Below, in pieces: positions 12,972-25,214 of a stretch of 64,000 nucleotides of DNA. The notes beneath the pieces are model-generated. The model saw nothing but the letters and a program-made list of their open reading frames with translations. It was not told the DNA's origin and did not search any database. The position numbers and the translations under genes are program-made. This DNA comes from Phoronis australis (lineage: Eukaryota; Animalia; Phoronida): NCBI GenBank assembly GCA_002633005.1, contig NMRA01000109.1, forward strand, positions 532,624 through 596,623. The letters are read 5' to 3'. The number at the start of each line of letters is the position of its first letter. The first letter of the stretch is position 1.

Positions 12972-14591
12972 ACCACAGGCAGTGCCGCCATTGCTTTGGT
13001 TCGTGTCTTTGGACAGAACTCCTTATTTTGGGTTCCTTAATGAGATTATTTAGCGTGTCTAATTACACATTACATAATATCATGGACCGAATGAAGTTCG
13101 TTGATTCTTTCAGAGAGAAGTTTCACCGCCGCTAACTTAATTGGAGGTATTCGGCTTCATCCAGTTGCTGTGCATGAAAAATTTGTGGAGAAAATGATAA
13201 CATTTCCGGGAACTACAAAAACTGCAACCGAGCTGCTTCACGTCAGGCGTGTTGCTGCTGCTGCAAACACCACCGCGGTGTGATGTGTCCTATCTCCGGA
13301 ACTTCTCTCGCATTCATTCACAATATTTTCGATCTACTAAACATTAGCAGTAGGCCTTATATCCCTAAGTCTTTAGTCTCACTCTGTAGCCTTGCAAACA
13401 AAATAATCCGACTGATTTTGCCCGTGTTTGTTCGCGTTTACCCCTAAATTTCAGATTGCCATCATCACTGCTACCTCTAGCGTCTCTCTGTTTATAACAC
13501 AACGTATATGAGAGTGCTATGGTTATTTCCTTCATCACTTAACAGAGACCATTTCACTTACATTAGAACACTTTTCATCTTGGCGTCCTCTAGAGTAATG
13601 AGAGCTTGAAAGTGACTTCCGTTTGATCTCGACTCAGATTTGGTTGACAGAAATTCAAGTACTACATGGTGGTTGATTAGTTTAAAAGGATGGGAATAAA
13701 TTAAACCGTTAACACCTCCCATTGTTTGATTAGCTGAAGTTCACTAATTAATTTTAGCTTTCTAGAACCGACTGGGATCGAAATTCTCACACTTATATCA
13801 GCCGTGGCCATTGGCTTTGTCGGCGGAGGATACTTCTTCGCAGTGGGAAATGTATGGAGCATGATGCCCTTGTTCATCAATTGATATTTCAAAAGGTTTG
13901 CCATTTTCGAAAGGCATTGGTACATACCGCCGCACAACAGTGGAAATTCGCCGACATTATAATATCAGGAAAGGTGTAAAAACGATGTTTATAGCACTAG
14001 GTCGAAACCTCCCGTCCGCATTACATGGAACCTATCAGTGGCGCTGAACGCCTGTCCTCAAAAGACCCGATTGCCTCTGACGGGATAGTGAATTTCAGTA
14101 TGGCGAGGCTATTTCGAAAGTCATTTTTACTTAAAAATCCTATTTCAAAAACTCCACCGACAGAAGGGTTTATGGTTCTGTCTTCATAAATATATCCACT
14201 GTTTTCCCAAAGTATGCCAAAATCTCAGTGAAGTGTTCCTTATTTTGGCGATGACAACAATGGAGATAGGACCACCGCTACTCAACCCTCAACTTCGCCA
14301 CTGCTATCAGTTCCACTAAAAGGGTTGTTACACCTGGCGAGTGTTCTTTAACTAAAATCTGACATAAGTCACGTGTTCTCATTTAAAATACACGGCAATA
14401 TCTCACGTCATCTCGTGAAGTCTTCTTTTTAGCGAGGACCTAGCATTACTGAACGGGAGGCTGCTCACCGTAAAATCTCTTCCGGTTAAAATGACGGAGC
14501 GAGTGGACGTATTTTGAGGAGCTCTGCTTAGACGACCTGCGAAATTCAAGTTTGTCTTATCTGAGTTTTTTTCTGCCGAAACATTTTAATA

Positions 14592-15170
14592 ATGGGACGT
14601 TCTAAAAAAGAAGTCTATCACAGATTATTCTATCCCTAAGAGGTCAGCTTCAACAAGTAACGAAACTTCTGCCACACCCGAGATATAGAAAGAACTCAAC
14701 TCTCTCGGGACTATTGCAATAACCCCATCATTGGCAGAAGAAAGTAACACTTTAAAAACAATGCCTAGCGTATATAAAGGCGCTGATGGAAGAAACTGGA
14801 AATCTGAAGAAACAATTGTGTAATGTCGAGTTTCAATCGCGTCGTTCAAACCTTAGATTCGGAGGCATTCAAGAAAGCGACGAGAAGACCTGCAAAGAAC
14901 AGATGTGTTCTGCTTGGAAAAATGTTTTTTCGAACAAAGAGAAAAAAAAATCTGGTCGGGGCACAGAAATTTCAAGCAAAGAGACTTTTTGTGGACAAAG
15001 ATTTCCCTGGCTAATATCACAGAGGAGAAAGCAGCTCATCCCAATTTTGAAGGCTACAAAAACGTGTCCATCAGTGAAATCAGTTTTCCTAACCTGAGAC
15101 ACAATTCATATCGATCGTAAGACGTATTATGTGGAAAATTCCCAATACATTCTAGCTTATTTGATTCGTC
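14592..15170 (+). pseudogene. Degenerate LINE ORF1 (Tnp_22/L1-ORF1-like RRM-CTD) remnant
   Basis: VEFQSRRSNLRFGGIQES, then LFVDKDFP and QRRKQLIPILK across frameshifts. These fit the ExxSRRxNLRxxGIxE and FxxxDFP..RRxxLxP ORF1 motifs. Confidence 0.7.
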
Positions 15171-16051
15171 AGGTTGAAGAAACCCAGTGACTGAGTGTGA
15201 GTGTAGATTGTGTTTCTATGATTTCAGTAACTTCATTACTTTTTAGGCCGCAACAATAATGTGTTTGGTTTATTGCGTGTAATATCCTTACACAACTCTT
15301 CGCCCAGTGGCGGATCTACGTTTTCAGCAAGGGGGGGTTTAGGATTCCCGCCAAGGTCGAATCCTAGGCGCGTGGCGCCGTCAGCGGGGGGAGGTCGGGA
15401 GGGGGGTTTCCCCTCCCGTGTAAGATATTTTTTTGTTTTTGTAGCCAAATAGTGAAATTTCCATGCATCCTGGTAAGTTTCTGGCACTTAACATGTCTCT
15501 GGAGTTTTTCTTAAGATAATTAAAAACCCTTCTCGATTTCGTCACATGAACTTGGCACATAAGTTTCGTGAAACCATATTGTGCACATCTGGGTATGAGT
15601 CACGCCACCAGCAAAAATTTTTGTTGGAACATCTGCTTACACACACCTTTTTTAGCATACGAAAAGTCGTATACGAAAAAGTGTGGTGTGTATACAGGGG
15701 TTTAGACAATTTCCAAATATTCAAGAGCATAATTAAGGAGCACCGACGGGGCGTAAAAACTTGAATATCAGATGATCGCGTAACAGCAGCCTCAAGTTGT
15801 TTAAGAACGAAGACCTGTACTGTTAGTCCGGAAATAAACATGTGTTCTGTCTCGTTACGAGAAAAACTGGCGAACGATGGTGCTCTCAACTCATAGTCTA
15901 TTATTAAAAGCGACAATAAATAATTAGGTATCACTTTATTAAGCTGAATCACGTTGACAACAATTGAAAAACGTCAAATCTATCAGGAAACAAATCATCT
16001 GAAAACAGTTTCACGAAACCAAAACATCCTGTGCACAGTGGTGAAAAGATA

Positions 16052-16330
16052 CACTGGACTAGTTTGCAGAGGGACCAGATGTACACTGAGAGTACACAAA
16101 AAGCTGACCTGGTCCGTCACGAGACCAAGAGTACACCTGTGCTTATTATCCCTATAAAAATAGTCGATCTGTCGCGGGACCAAACAGTACTGGCTGAGAT
16201 AAATAGTTTTACAAAGCACACTTTGGTAAAAAAATCACAAGACTAGTTCGCCGAGGGACCAGAAGTACACTGAAACTCAACATCTACACAAATCAAGCTG
16301 GCCTGGTCCGTCGCGAGACCTAAAGTGTAC
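16052..16330 (+). repeat. Imperfect internal direct repeats within the hAT element
   Basis: gactagtttgcagagggaccagatgtacactgag..ctggtccgtcacgagacc recurs at about 16240-16320, and a partial copy sits at about 16170. Confidence 0.7.
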
Positions 16331-16389
16331 TATGCAAAAAATTTTGAATTGAAAACTTCTCTCTAAAATTTTAATCCCCAGTGGTTACT

Positions 16390-17110
16390 CATACGTTAGT
16401 CCTATCCTTCTGTTGTCTAGACTGCCGAGGAATTTGTATATCGGATCCAATGATTTGCTCGTCTTGGAACCATTCTACCCAGATATCTTCGATGTTTGTT
16501 CCCAACGCTTGCACTTCGTCAACTGCTGTGTCAATGAGCTTGTAAGCCTCTACAATGTCAGCATCTCGTTTCGCAGCTCAATTGACACTAAGACCCTTGA
16601 GGTTGCCAAGTCCATTCAAAAGACTTACATGCGCAACTAAATTTGATCCGTTCATCATGGACTACTTCAAACCTTGACGAAGAATCCCAGGACCTATTTG
16701 CATCTCTTGCAATTTTCGAAATAAACGTCCCAATGTCTGAACGCTTGAAACCCGAAGTACTAATATCAAATAAATGCCCATGGGTATGAGCGTTTCATCG
16801 GGTGAGCCTTTCTGTGGAAATTCCCAGTATAGAAGACGGCAGTGTGCTTATTGCAGGTAGACAGACGGTAGGTGTTGAGGTCGGAACTAGGGCTCCTTAG
16901 GAGGCCTATTGAACATCACACGAGTCCCGCAAGACTTTGTTGTGAAAGAACAGCCTCCCCGCAATTTCTGGTACTGTACACTTTTCGCGAATGCGGTCAC
17001 TTTCTCAATGTGAGTGCCCTCTTGGTCATTCCTTGTATAGGCATAACTTGTTATAGAGTGAGTCTTCAAATGGACTCGCGACCAGACCACGGCGCCTGCC
17101 ACAATAGCAA
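16390..17110 (-). pseudogene. Degenerate hAT transposase (THAP12/P52rIPK-ZMYM1-like group)
   Basis: Manual translation gives LKGLSVN../RDADIVEAYKLIDTAVDEVQALGTNIEDIWVEWFQ..IPRQSRQQKDRTN, matching the LSxxLQ..DIxxA....PRxxxRQxxRxN region of these transposases. Confidence 0.65.
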
Positions 17111-18186
17111 TTCTTCGGAAAAAGAATTTTTTTCAAAAATATTAAATGCACATGTACACAATATTACATGTACACTGTATGATATTGCGCAAGACGACTT
17201 TACTATACACCAGTTACAAACGTGTTGAGTGTAATAGAATGACACGGCATGACAGATGAGGTAAAAACGTTGCACGTCAATTCGCCTGAATATCAGAGTT
17301 GCGGCACCGCAGTATTTCCCCTAATCAAATCAAAATATATCTTAGAGTAAAGAAGCTAGTTACCTAAAGAAATCAGCTATAAAACTACTCTTTCAGCGGT
17401 GAATCCATCTAAAAGGCTTGGCTACTTCAGAAGTGTCGACGGAAGCGCGCGCACAATAAATCCCCGCGCGTTTTGCCGATGAGCCCCACAAAGACTCAGC
17501 AATTCACAATGCAAAAAATTATATTTTCAGAGTGAACCCCCCACTCAATTTTTTCCAAGTTGGTTTACTTGGGGTTTACACACGCTGGCGGTGCCGTTTT
17601 TGTTTTGCTGGAGACTTTTTTGTTTTTTTTTAATTTTTGGGTCCTGGTCCGAGGGGGGGGGCTTAAACCCCCTGAACCCCCCCCCGTAGATCCGCTACTG
17701 TCGCCGATGCTATATCTGCGGTCACTTTATCACTTTTTGTTAGCTTAATTGTGCTATTGACTTGGCTTTGTAATAGACAGGCCTGTCTTTCCATTGTTTG
17801 CTTTAGACATCGGCCCACTACATGTACTTGTAAAGTTGACTGGTGTGGCCAGCATTCTATTCAGTTCAGTTTTCATTGTGCCTACAACTGATTTGCATAT
17901 CAACTCATTATGAATGCGGGTATCGTCTAAGCTGATGCCTATTGTGTATCAATGGCGTTGGTGACTACACTTCAGCCACAAGCTTTTTGTTTTCTTATGT
18001 ATTTTGAGTAGGATTTTTGTACATCGCACCAGGTATTCTAAATTGTGGACCCGAACGGATTGTTCCAAAAAGCCATCGAGCCCCTTTTCATATAGTCTGA
18101 CTGTGAGAGCTGCCGAGTCAGTCATTGTTCTACCTCGGCTGTGTTAAGTTCCGTCGTCGTTTGCTTTCATTTACTAGTCAGTCAAC

Positions 18187-19320
18187 ATGCCACACTGTTG
18201 CTGCGTACCGGAATGTACTAGTTATCGGCTCACGCGTGCTTTGGGAGTACCTTTCCATCGCTTTCCGATGGATGACACACTTCGCCGTACTTGGCTNTTT
18301 GGAGTACCTTTGCATCGCTTTCCGATGGATGACACACTTCGCCGTACTTGGCTCGTTCGTGTGAAGAACGCAGTGTTACCCGTCCACGCAACGTACAAAG
18401 CAGTGGAGAATTACCGTGTGTGTGGCAAGCACTTTCTGTCGTCCGATTACGAAAGGGATTTGTACGCTGAACTGATGAAGGTCCCTGGGAAACAACGCCT
18501 GAAGAAGGATGCCATTCCGTCTGTGTTGATTCCCGGCAGTGCCCCGTCGCCACCCCCGAGAAATGCGTTTTTGAAGCGAGAAGCCTCGCGAGCTGTGGCC
18601 AGTACAGTGACTGGAGCCAGTGGAGGAACTTCATCTACTGTCACCCGTGCCTCCGAACGTACCCCAGAGCGTGCAATTCCTGGAACCAGTAGTGATTCGC
18701 CCTGTGCTGTTTTTTCCAGCCCAGAGCCCCGGCTCTAAGCAGCCCTGCAGCGATATTGAGTAGTGGGAGTGATAACAGGCTCAGTTCGACACCCAGTGAA
18801 GAGGACAGTTCGTCGTCCAGTGAACAGATCGGTGAGCCAAACTTTGATAAGTTTATTGTGGACTTGTCTAAAGTGTTGGAGCTATTTAGAAGGTGCCAGG
18901 TGTGTGGCGAGGGAGTCACACGACACAATGTAAGCAGTTTGGGTGCTCAGGTCACCATCCAGTGGGAGTGTGTCACGGGACACTCTGGCAAGTGGGACAG
19001 TTGTTCCTCTGTCCGTGGTATGCCGGAGGTCCACTTAACCATGTCCAGTGGTGTGCTCTTCACTGGAAACACGTTTCAGTCGGTGAAGACAATGATGGAC
19101 TTTGGAAAAGTCAAGTTTTTTTTCGAAAACAACATTCAACAACATTCAGAATTCCTATTTAATACCAGTTGTCAATGACGCATACATGTCACAACATCTC
19201 GAGTTGGTGGCGGAATTCATGGAGAAGGAGAACTTGTCTGACTCACCAGGGCGGTCCGCCAAGTATACCACATACACTCTAATGGAGGAAGAGACCAAAA
19301 AGATAATTGATGTGGAACTC
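18187..19320 (+). pseudogene. Kolobok transposase pseudogene (THAP domain plus start of the catalytic domain)
   Basis: Full THAP domain (CCVPEC..FHRFP..W..RVCGKHF..RLKKDAIPS), then KFIVDL..LELFRRCQVCG..WECVTGHSGKWDS..GVLFTGN..FNNIQNSYLIP..DSPGRSAKYTTYTLMEEETKKIIDVEL. It has a stop codon and frameshifts. Confidence 0.85.
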
Positions 19321-19590
19321 GGAACAGCACAAGCATTCAATTGAGGTAGGCATAACAACGCACACAGTGCATTTGCACCAAGATGTGTCACCACGTCTGT
19401 CTTCAGTAGCCGCCTCGTTTCTCTCAACAGCTGCCTGTGCCTGTGTGTACTCTGCCTCGTTGTACTCGGGCTCAAACATGTACCCACCCACTGAATGTCC
19501 GTGAAAAAATTCCTCGTCACCACTGCTGTGAACAAGGTCTCCGTCACTCACACTACTGTCACTGTGATACGGGTCACCGACTCTAGCCAT
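19312..19590 (-). pseudogene. KolX-like accessory ORF (P2X7 C-terminal/ballast Zn-binding-domain homolog), 3' truncated
   Basis: GYMFEPEY...RRGDTSWCKCTVCVVMPTSIECLCCSE fits the YxFEP and WCxCxxCxxM...ExxCCxE motifs of the P2X7-C-terminus/KolX family. Confidence 0.8.
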
Positions 19591-20883
19591 TTACAGCTTA
19601 CAACACACTAAACAATCCCTAAATCCAACGTAGTTGAGTTCTCTACTAACCTATCTTGCCGCAGAATAATTGCCGATGGAAAGTGGTAGCGACAATTGTT
19701 GAAAAACAGCACAAAACAAAAGTAGAATAGAGCAGATTCGCACGGTTAAGTCAACGCAAAACCAAGTGGCGGGAAACGCTTGCCTCCTAAAACGTCACTT
19801 CCGCAGTAGCGGACAAGTAATTAATAAAATTACGAAAAGCTGTAATTAAGTGGAAAATATGTCTACGATAACCAACCAACCTTATTTTAGGTCAAAATGA
19901 CATGGAAAAGGTTGCCTTCGCCTTTAACAAGACATTTAGCGTTCCTAATCTGACGTCATAGCACCATGAACCGAATGAAGGTCGTGATTGGTTCAGCCGA
20001 AGTATTCAACGCCGTTAACTTCATTATGTTTAGTTTAAAGTAAGCAATCTCGGCTCGAACTATTTGCCACAGCATTGAACTTAAGTAATGAAACAAGATA
20101 AACATACCGACAAATACAAGAGTCTGTGATGACGGTGCTTTTAATCTTTTGTTTGGATGCAACAGCAAGCACCACAATTGCTGCGTGGAGTGTCCTGATA
20201 TCTCTGGAACTACTCTCGCATTCACTTGCCCCATATTAACAATCTACTTACCCTTAGAGGCAATCCGAACATCACTAGATATAACATTCTACCTCTTTAA
20301 TCGCACAATGCAGCCTAGCAATCCAAATAATTCTACTCTTCCAGCTCAGTTGTTCTGTTTACCTGTGATTTCTGTCTATTTTATTTATTGCCGCCTCTGC
20401 ACTCTTTTATACCAGAAATTGTCTTCACTTTCTTCGCCAATACAATCAGAGAGCATTCCACTTCCACATCTTAAAGAAATCAATCCCCGCAGATTTTGGA
20501 AAATCCCATCGTTTTGTGGATCTTTAATCAACACTGCATCCACACATATCCACTTTTTTCCCAATATTGCAACTGAGTATCGTTTCGTTGTTGTTACGTT
20601 ACTGTGACGTAACAACTGATGAGCAATTCCTAGCATCATAGTTGTGTTTACTTTGGTTAGATGATTCGTGTAGATTCAGTGAACCCATCCAACACTAAAG
20701 AGACAAAAAATCAAGGTGTGTTGGAAGATCTGTGTAGACTTCGTCACAATCCGTGACAGAAAGTATTCATTATGGCTTTGGAAACTTTGGTACTCGATGT
20801 ATTTCGGTAAAGACAATGTCATTACGTTTCGAAAACCTCTTAAATCGGTAAATAAAACAACAAGAATGGATCAACTGAAATTT

Positions 20884-20916
20884 GAAATTTTCGGATGTAA
20901 CAACTTCCTTTATCAA
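20884..20916 (-). ncRNA. Minimal hammerhead-ribozyme-like motif in the inverted pLTR
   Basis: Exact reverse complement of 22008-22040. Confidence 0.55.
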
Positions 20917-21038
20917 CAAAACAGAAATAAAGTAAAATCAAACACAAAATGACAATTGACATATAAGATATGGTGTAATGAAAATTTTTGCGTAAAAAAT
21001 TCAATGACATATTTTAAGAAGTTTTTATGTTCAATCCA

Positions 21039-21902
21039 TTAAATATTAACAAATTTCACCCTACTATAAAGTTCACTCATGACATTTCTCAAAATAAAGT
21101 CTCATTTTTAGATGTAACTGTCACTCATAATAATGATAAACTAGAAACTGACTTATTCTGTAAAGAAACTGACAAACACCAGTATCTGTCATATCACTCG
21201 TGTCATCCCTTTCATTGCAAGAAAAGCCTTCCATATAGCCTTGCCCTAAGAATTCGACGCATTTGTTCAGAAGAAACTTCCTTTAATAACCGNNNNNNNN
21301 NNNNNNNNNNNNNNNNNNNNNNNNNNNNNNNNNNNNNNNNNNNNNNNNNNNNNNNNNNNNNNNNNNNNNNNNNNNNNNNNNNNNNNNNNNNNNNNNNNNN
21401 NNNNNNNNNNNNNNNNNNNNNNNNNNNNNNNNNNNNNNNNNNNNNNNNNNNNNNNNNNNNNNNNNNNNNNNNNNNNNNNNNNNNNNNNNNNNNNNNNNNN
21501 NNNNNNNNNNNNNNNNNNNNNNNNNNNNNNNNNNNNNNNNNNNNNNNNNNNNNNNNNNNNNNNNNNNNNNNNNNNNNNNNNNNNNNNNNNNNNNNNNNNN
21601 NNNNNNNNNNNNNNNNNNNNNNNNNNNNNNNNNNNNNNNNNNNNNNNNNNNNNNNNNNNNNNNNNNNNNNNNNNNNNNNNNNNNNNNNNNNNNNNNNNNN
21701 NNNNNNNNNNNNNNNNNNNNNNNNNNNNNNNNNNNNNNNNNNNNNNNNNNNNNNNNNNNNNNNNNNNNNNNNNNNNNNNNNNNNNNNNNNNNNNNNNNNN
21801 NNNNNNNNNNNNNNNNNNNNNNNNNNNNNNNNNNNNNNNNNNNNNNNNATAGACAAACTGAATACAATAGAACCTCATGGATTGAACATAAAAACTTCTT
21901 AA
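21039..21902 (+). pseudogene. Penelope-like RT C-terminus/thumb and end of the GIY-YIG endonuclease (middle hidden by the gap)
   Basis: NKFHPTIKFT..VSFLDVTV..LETDLFCKETDKHQYL...SCHPFHCKKSLPYSLALRIRRICS and terminal LNTIEPHGLN are PLE signatures. Confidence 0.9.
21293..21848. other. Assembly gap (N run)
   Basis: Run of n. Confidence 1.
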
Positions 21903-22007
21903 AATATGTCATTGAATTTTTTACGCAAAAATGTATCATTTTCATTACACCATATCTTATATGTCAATTGTCATTTTGTGTTTGATTTTACTTTATTTCT
22001 GTTTTTG

Positions 22008-22040
22008 TTGATAAAGGAAGTTGTTACATCCGAAAATTTC
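22008..22040 (+). ncRNA. Minimal type I hammerhead-ribozyme-like motif (U3-A8 variant) in the Penelope pLTR
   Basis: TTGATAA-A-GGAAGT-tgtt-ACATCC-GAAA-ATT-TC: core, stem II, GAAA, palindromic AAATTT stem III and a UC cleavage site. Confidence 0.6.
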
Positions 22041-22667
22041 AAATTTCAGTTGATCCATTCTTGTTGTTTTATTTACCGATTTATATTCTTCATTTCATGA
22101 AACAATAGTATCCTTGGGAGGATCTGGATCGCCTTATTTAGTTTCAGATATATTTTCTACGTTATTTGAAAACCTCTTCTAATGTAAAGGCATTTTCTTG
22201 AAATACGGTAAAGTGCTGAGACGTAGGGAGACAGTAGCGGAGATGGAACCTCCGCGACCCAACCCACACCATCTCCGCAACTATCACGTCAACAAATCAA
22301 ATAACACAAAGGTGCGTGAAGTCCGCCAAACTACTTGTGTGACGTTCCCCTCCTTTGGCGATGGTAGAAATGTCGATGGAACCACCGCGACCCTATACTC
22401 ACCTTTTACATCACTCTAAATGCTCACAAGAAAAACACGATTTGATAAGAATTTTGAAGGAAATATTGATAACAGGGCCGAGTTCCGTTGGCGTAAGAAT
22501 CTCGCGATGAAAACTAGAGTGATCCGAATAAGTGCATTTACATAGCAATACTGCACTTTATGGCGGACGGAAAATATGACCATCAATTTTAGGGCTATTA
22601 CAAATATCTGTACTTTGGACATTGGGGTACGCCCCTCGTGAAACCTTGAACATTGTACCCCACTTTC

Positions 22668-22952
22668 GCTCATTCACACACTTTTATCTATTTTAATTTT
22701 TTTGTGTGCAATGACAAACTAAAAAGATATATATAATATTCGAGAGATAATTACAGTGAGATGAGCATTCAGTCTTTGTCTCGATTTTTTCTGTTTTGTG
22801 ATGTTACCAGCTTGAACAATGTACTCAACATGAGCCCCATTACTGTCGCTCACTCAATCAGACTTTTTATCTGTTTTAATTTTTTGTGTGCAATGACGAA
22901 CTAGAAAGATAATATACATAATACTCGAGAGATATTTACACTGAGATGAACA
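22668..22952. repeat. Imperfect ~100-bp direct repeat (~180-bp period) downstream of the kinase
   Basis: cgctca..cttttatct.ttttaatttttt(t)gtgtgcaatgac.aacta.aaagata..cgagagata.ttaca.tgagatga occurs at about 22668 and about 22847. Confidence 0.8.
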
Positions 22953-23390
22953 CACATTCACTCTTTACACTCACGATATACAATTCTCTAGCGAAACAAC
23001 CCGTTATATCAACAGACAGTATTCTTTGTTACCAGCAGTTAAACAATACGGACAAGGAGAATCTTATTGCCCATCAACAGCGACTTCAGTGTGATCACTA
23101 TCCATTTTTTACGCGCAAAAAACTCTTCTACCCAAATCATTGGTGATTCCAAATCATTGATGATTCTCGATGAAACGCAAGAAAATCGAATTTTGCATTC
23201 TTTTGGAGTCTAGAGTAATCCAGTAACGAGATTTAGGTAATAATAAACATTTTGGAAGGGCTGAAAAGTACTTGATATGATGAAAATTTTGAATGATTGT
23301 CTTATACACTTGTGACGAAGCCGCCAATGAAACAATGTACCGTTTTTAGTTGGCCCAAAACAACGAAAGGTAGAAGCATGATGACGTCAA

Positions 23391-24144
23391 TTAACAGGTG
23401 CTCTCATTTCGAGCGTAGTAATTTTTTAAAGCGTTAAAATACAGTTTCACTTCTCTAAAGCATTCATACCTTTTCTCAGAATCCACTGCGGAACAGCGAT
23501 TACCAATACATTTGAACAAGCTGGCATTCAGTTCAGGACGACTAGCCACCAACTCATTCAGATACCTTCCAAACGTGAACATGTCGCAGTGACTCTCATG
23601 CGTCCCGTCCTTATCAAACAGTTCGGGAGCGAAAATGGAATGGGGGCCAAACTCGTACTTAGTGTAATCTATGACAGTGGGATGCCCTATGGGCAAACAC
23701 CTACCGACGTCGATAATGAAGGCTCGCCACTCCCCCTCCTCCATCACTGAATTTCCCTGCTTCTGTATAAGAATATTACCAAAATGAATATCGTTGAAGG
23801 TCATACCTGAGTTATGAAGGTCACTCATGCCCTGAGCAACCTGGGAGAAGATCTCGGCCAGATCTTTGCGAGTCAGTCGAAGTTGGTCGGAGCGAGCCAA
23901 GGCCTTCAGTAGGGTCAGTGATGCCAGGCTCGTGTTGTCCATGCCGACGAACTCCATAGCAATGCCTATGTAGTCTCCAGGACTCGACTGTACGATACCG
24001 ACAAAGCGCGGAAAAAATGCCGAGTAGCTGCTAGCATAGTAATGTTTCATAGCCTCGTCCAGTACCACTGTTCGTGCGAGCTCAGGGTCTTTGGTTCGTG
24101 CTCGTGAGCTTGTAGCCGAGTCCAGCATTTTGACGGCTAGCAGC
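23391..24144 (-). CDS. Divergent protein kinase, exon 3 (subdomains II-XI and stop)
   Basis: Acceptor gatttttag. Motifs LLAVKM, DEAMKH (alphaC Glu), IAMEFV, LHNSGMTFNDIHFGNILI, IIDVG, IFAPE, DMFTFG and CSAVDSEKR. Confidence 0.9.
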
Positions 24145-25063
24145 CTAAAAATCAAATAGTTATGTTACGAGAGATATATGTAGCTTCGAAACATTTCAGT
24201 TAAGTTACTGCTACAGATTTCTAAAGACCGAACAATTGTGCAAGCCAAACGTACGACAGATGAACTTTTTATAGTACCCAACAAATAAAGCTATATGTTT
24301 TCAATTCCTTGAGAAGAACGAAAATATCGTAACCGGCATATTTTGCGCCCGACTCGCTTTAAAAATACACCTCACAGCTGGTATCTGACTAAGGCGACGT
24401 TGGTTGTTAAAAAGTTTGATTCTGGCCTATTTCAGACGGCATCATTTAACTATGGAGGAGAATGGATCTCAGCCCATTTCAGATGGTATCACGTGACATT
24501 TTCTTTTTGAAATTACGGACAAATAAATGCAGCATTATCGTGTCAATTTAAGAAAAAATAACCATTTATGCTCTTTTATTTTACCTAACAGCAGAAAGGT
24601 TACTGTGTTTGTAACACAACTCAAAAGATATGGCAGACTGAACTTTCTTCTTCACGTATATGGTAGGATCCTAGGACTGAGACGTGACAAACGGTGTCAC
24701 GTTCAATAGGTTGGAAGATTCTTTGGTCGCGGACAGCACTAGCTCTAAGCCTAACGATGACTGTGCCATCTATGCGGAAGCGATTGACTGTGGTATGTGC
24801 TATGTTTAGTGTGGTCTATTAATCTTTTTGTATGTAGATTAGACTTATGTATCTGGGAGTGTTCTCGAGCTCTTTCCCTCAATTGAGCATATGATATGAA
24901 TGCATAAGAATGTTTTCTACGAAAGAAAGCTTTACGTCTATATTCCTTGCAACTTATGAAATCAAATTCTAAGCGCAGTGGTGGATCTATTTACTTAGCA
25001 TTCCGTGACAATGCGCATGAGCAAAGTCTCAACTATAAATAATTTCCCATTGTAAAAGCTTAC

Positions 25064-25214
25064 TTTCTGTTGTTACAGTTCCGTGCCAAGTACACAGATG
25101 AATACAGCCCGGTGCCCAGAGAGATCCTTTGACCGTCCCGTTGTAAAAATCTCACGTCCTCCCTGAGGGTCAACACTTTGTATTCCAAAATGAAGTCAAG
25201 GTCCTCTGCAAACA
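25064..25214 (-). CDS. Divergent protein kinase, exon 2 (Gly-rich loop)
   Basis: Acceptor ttttcttgcag, donor gtaagc. Translates (V)FAEDLDFILEYKVLTLREDVRFLQRDGQRISLGTGLYSSVYLARNCNNR(K), and phases 1 and 2 join exons 1 and 3 in frame. Confidence 0.85.

Larger units (their letters stand above)
15305..17700 (-). mobile_element. hAT-superfamily element with a 5-bp TSD (TCGCC), hAT5-like
   Basis: TIRs cagtggcggatctacg and cgtagatccgctactg. TCGCC at 15300-15304 and 17701-17705. Contains an internal hAT transposase remnant. Confidence 0.85.
18084..19927 (+). mobile_element. Internally deleted Kolobok transposon (THAP-DDE transposase plus convergent KolX); left end truncated, right end at TTAA
   Basis: The right terminus is ...aaggttgccttcgcct-TTAA (19924-19927). 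About 150 bp of terminal sequence matches 9408-9552. It carries two convergent truncated ORFs. Confidence 0.85.
20842..22167 (+). mobile_element. 5'-truncated Penelope-like retroelement with an inverted 5' pLTR and an 11-bp TSD (GAAAACCTCTT)
   Basis: 20842-21038 is the reverse complement of about 21877-22083. TSD at 20831-20841 and 22168-22178. The RT/GIY-YIG ORF fragment lies between the repeats. Confidence 0.9.

Noticed and set aside
18240-18353. Tandem duplication inside the THAP ORF
   Set aside because: The copies are separated by a single n at 18297, so this is probably a contig-overlap artefact.
20385-20639. HQLLRHSNVTTTKRY resembles the tyrosine-recombinase LLGHxxxxTTxxY motif
   Set aside because: There is no upstream R or HxxR motif and the peptide sits at the ORF start. 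The opposite strand looks more like a decayed LINE 3' end (LPLEAIR..DITF; FFPNIATE), so it is probably coincidental.
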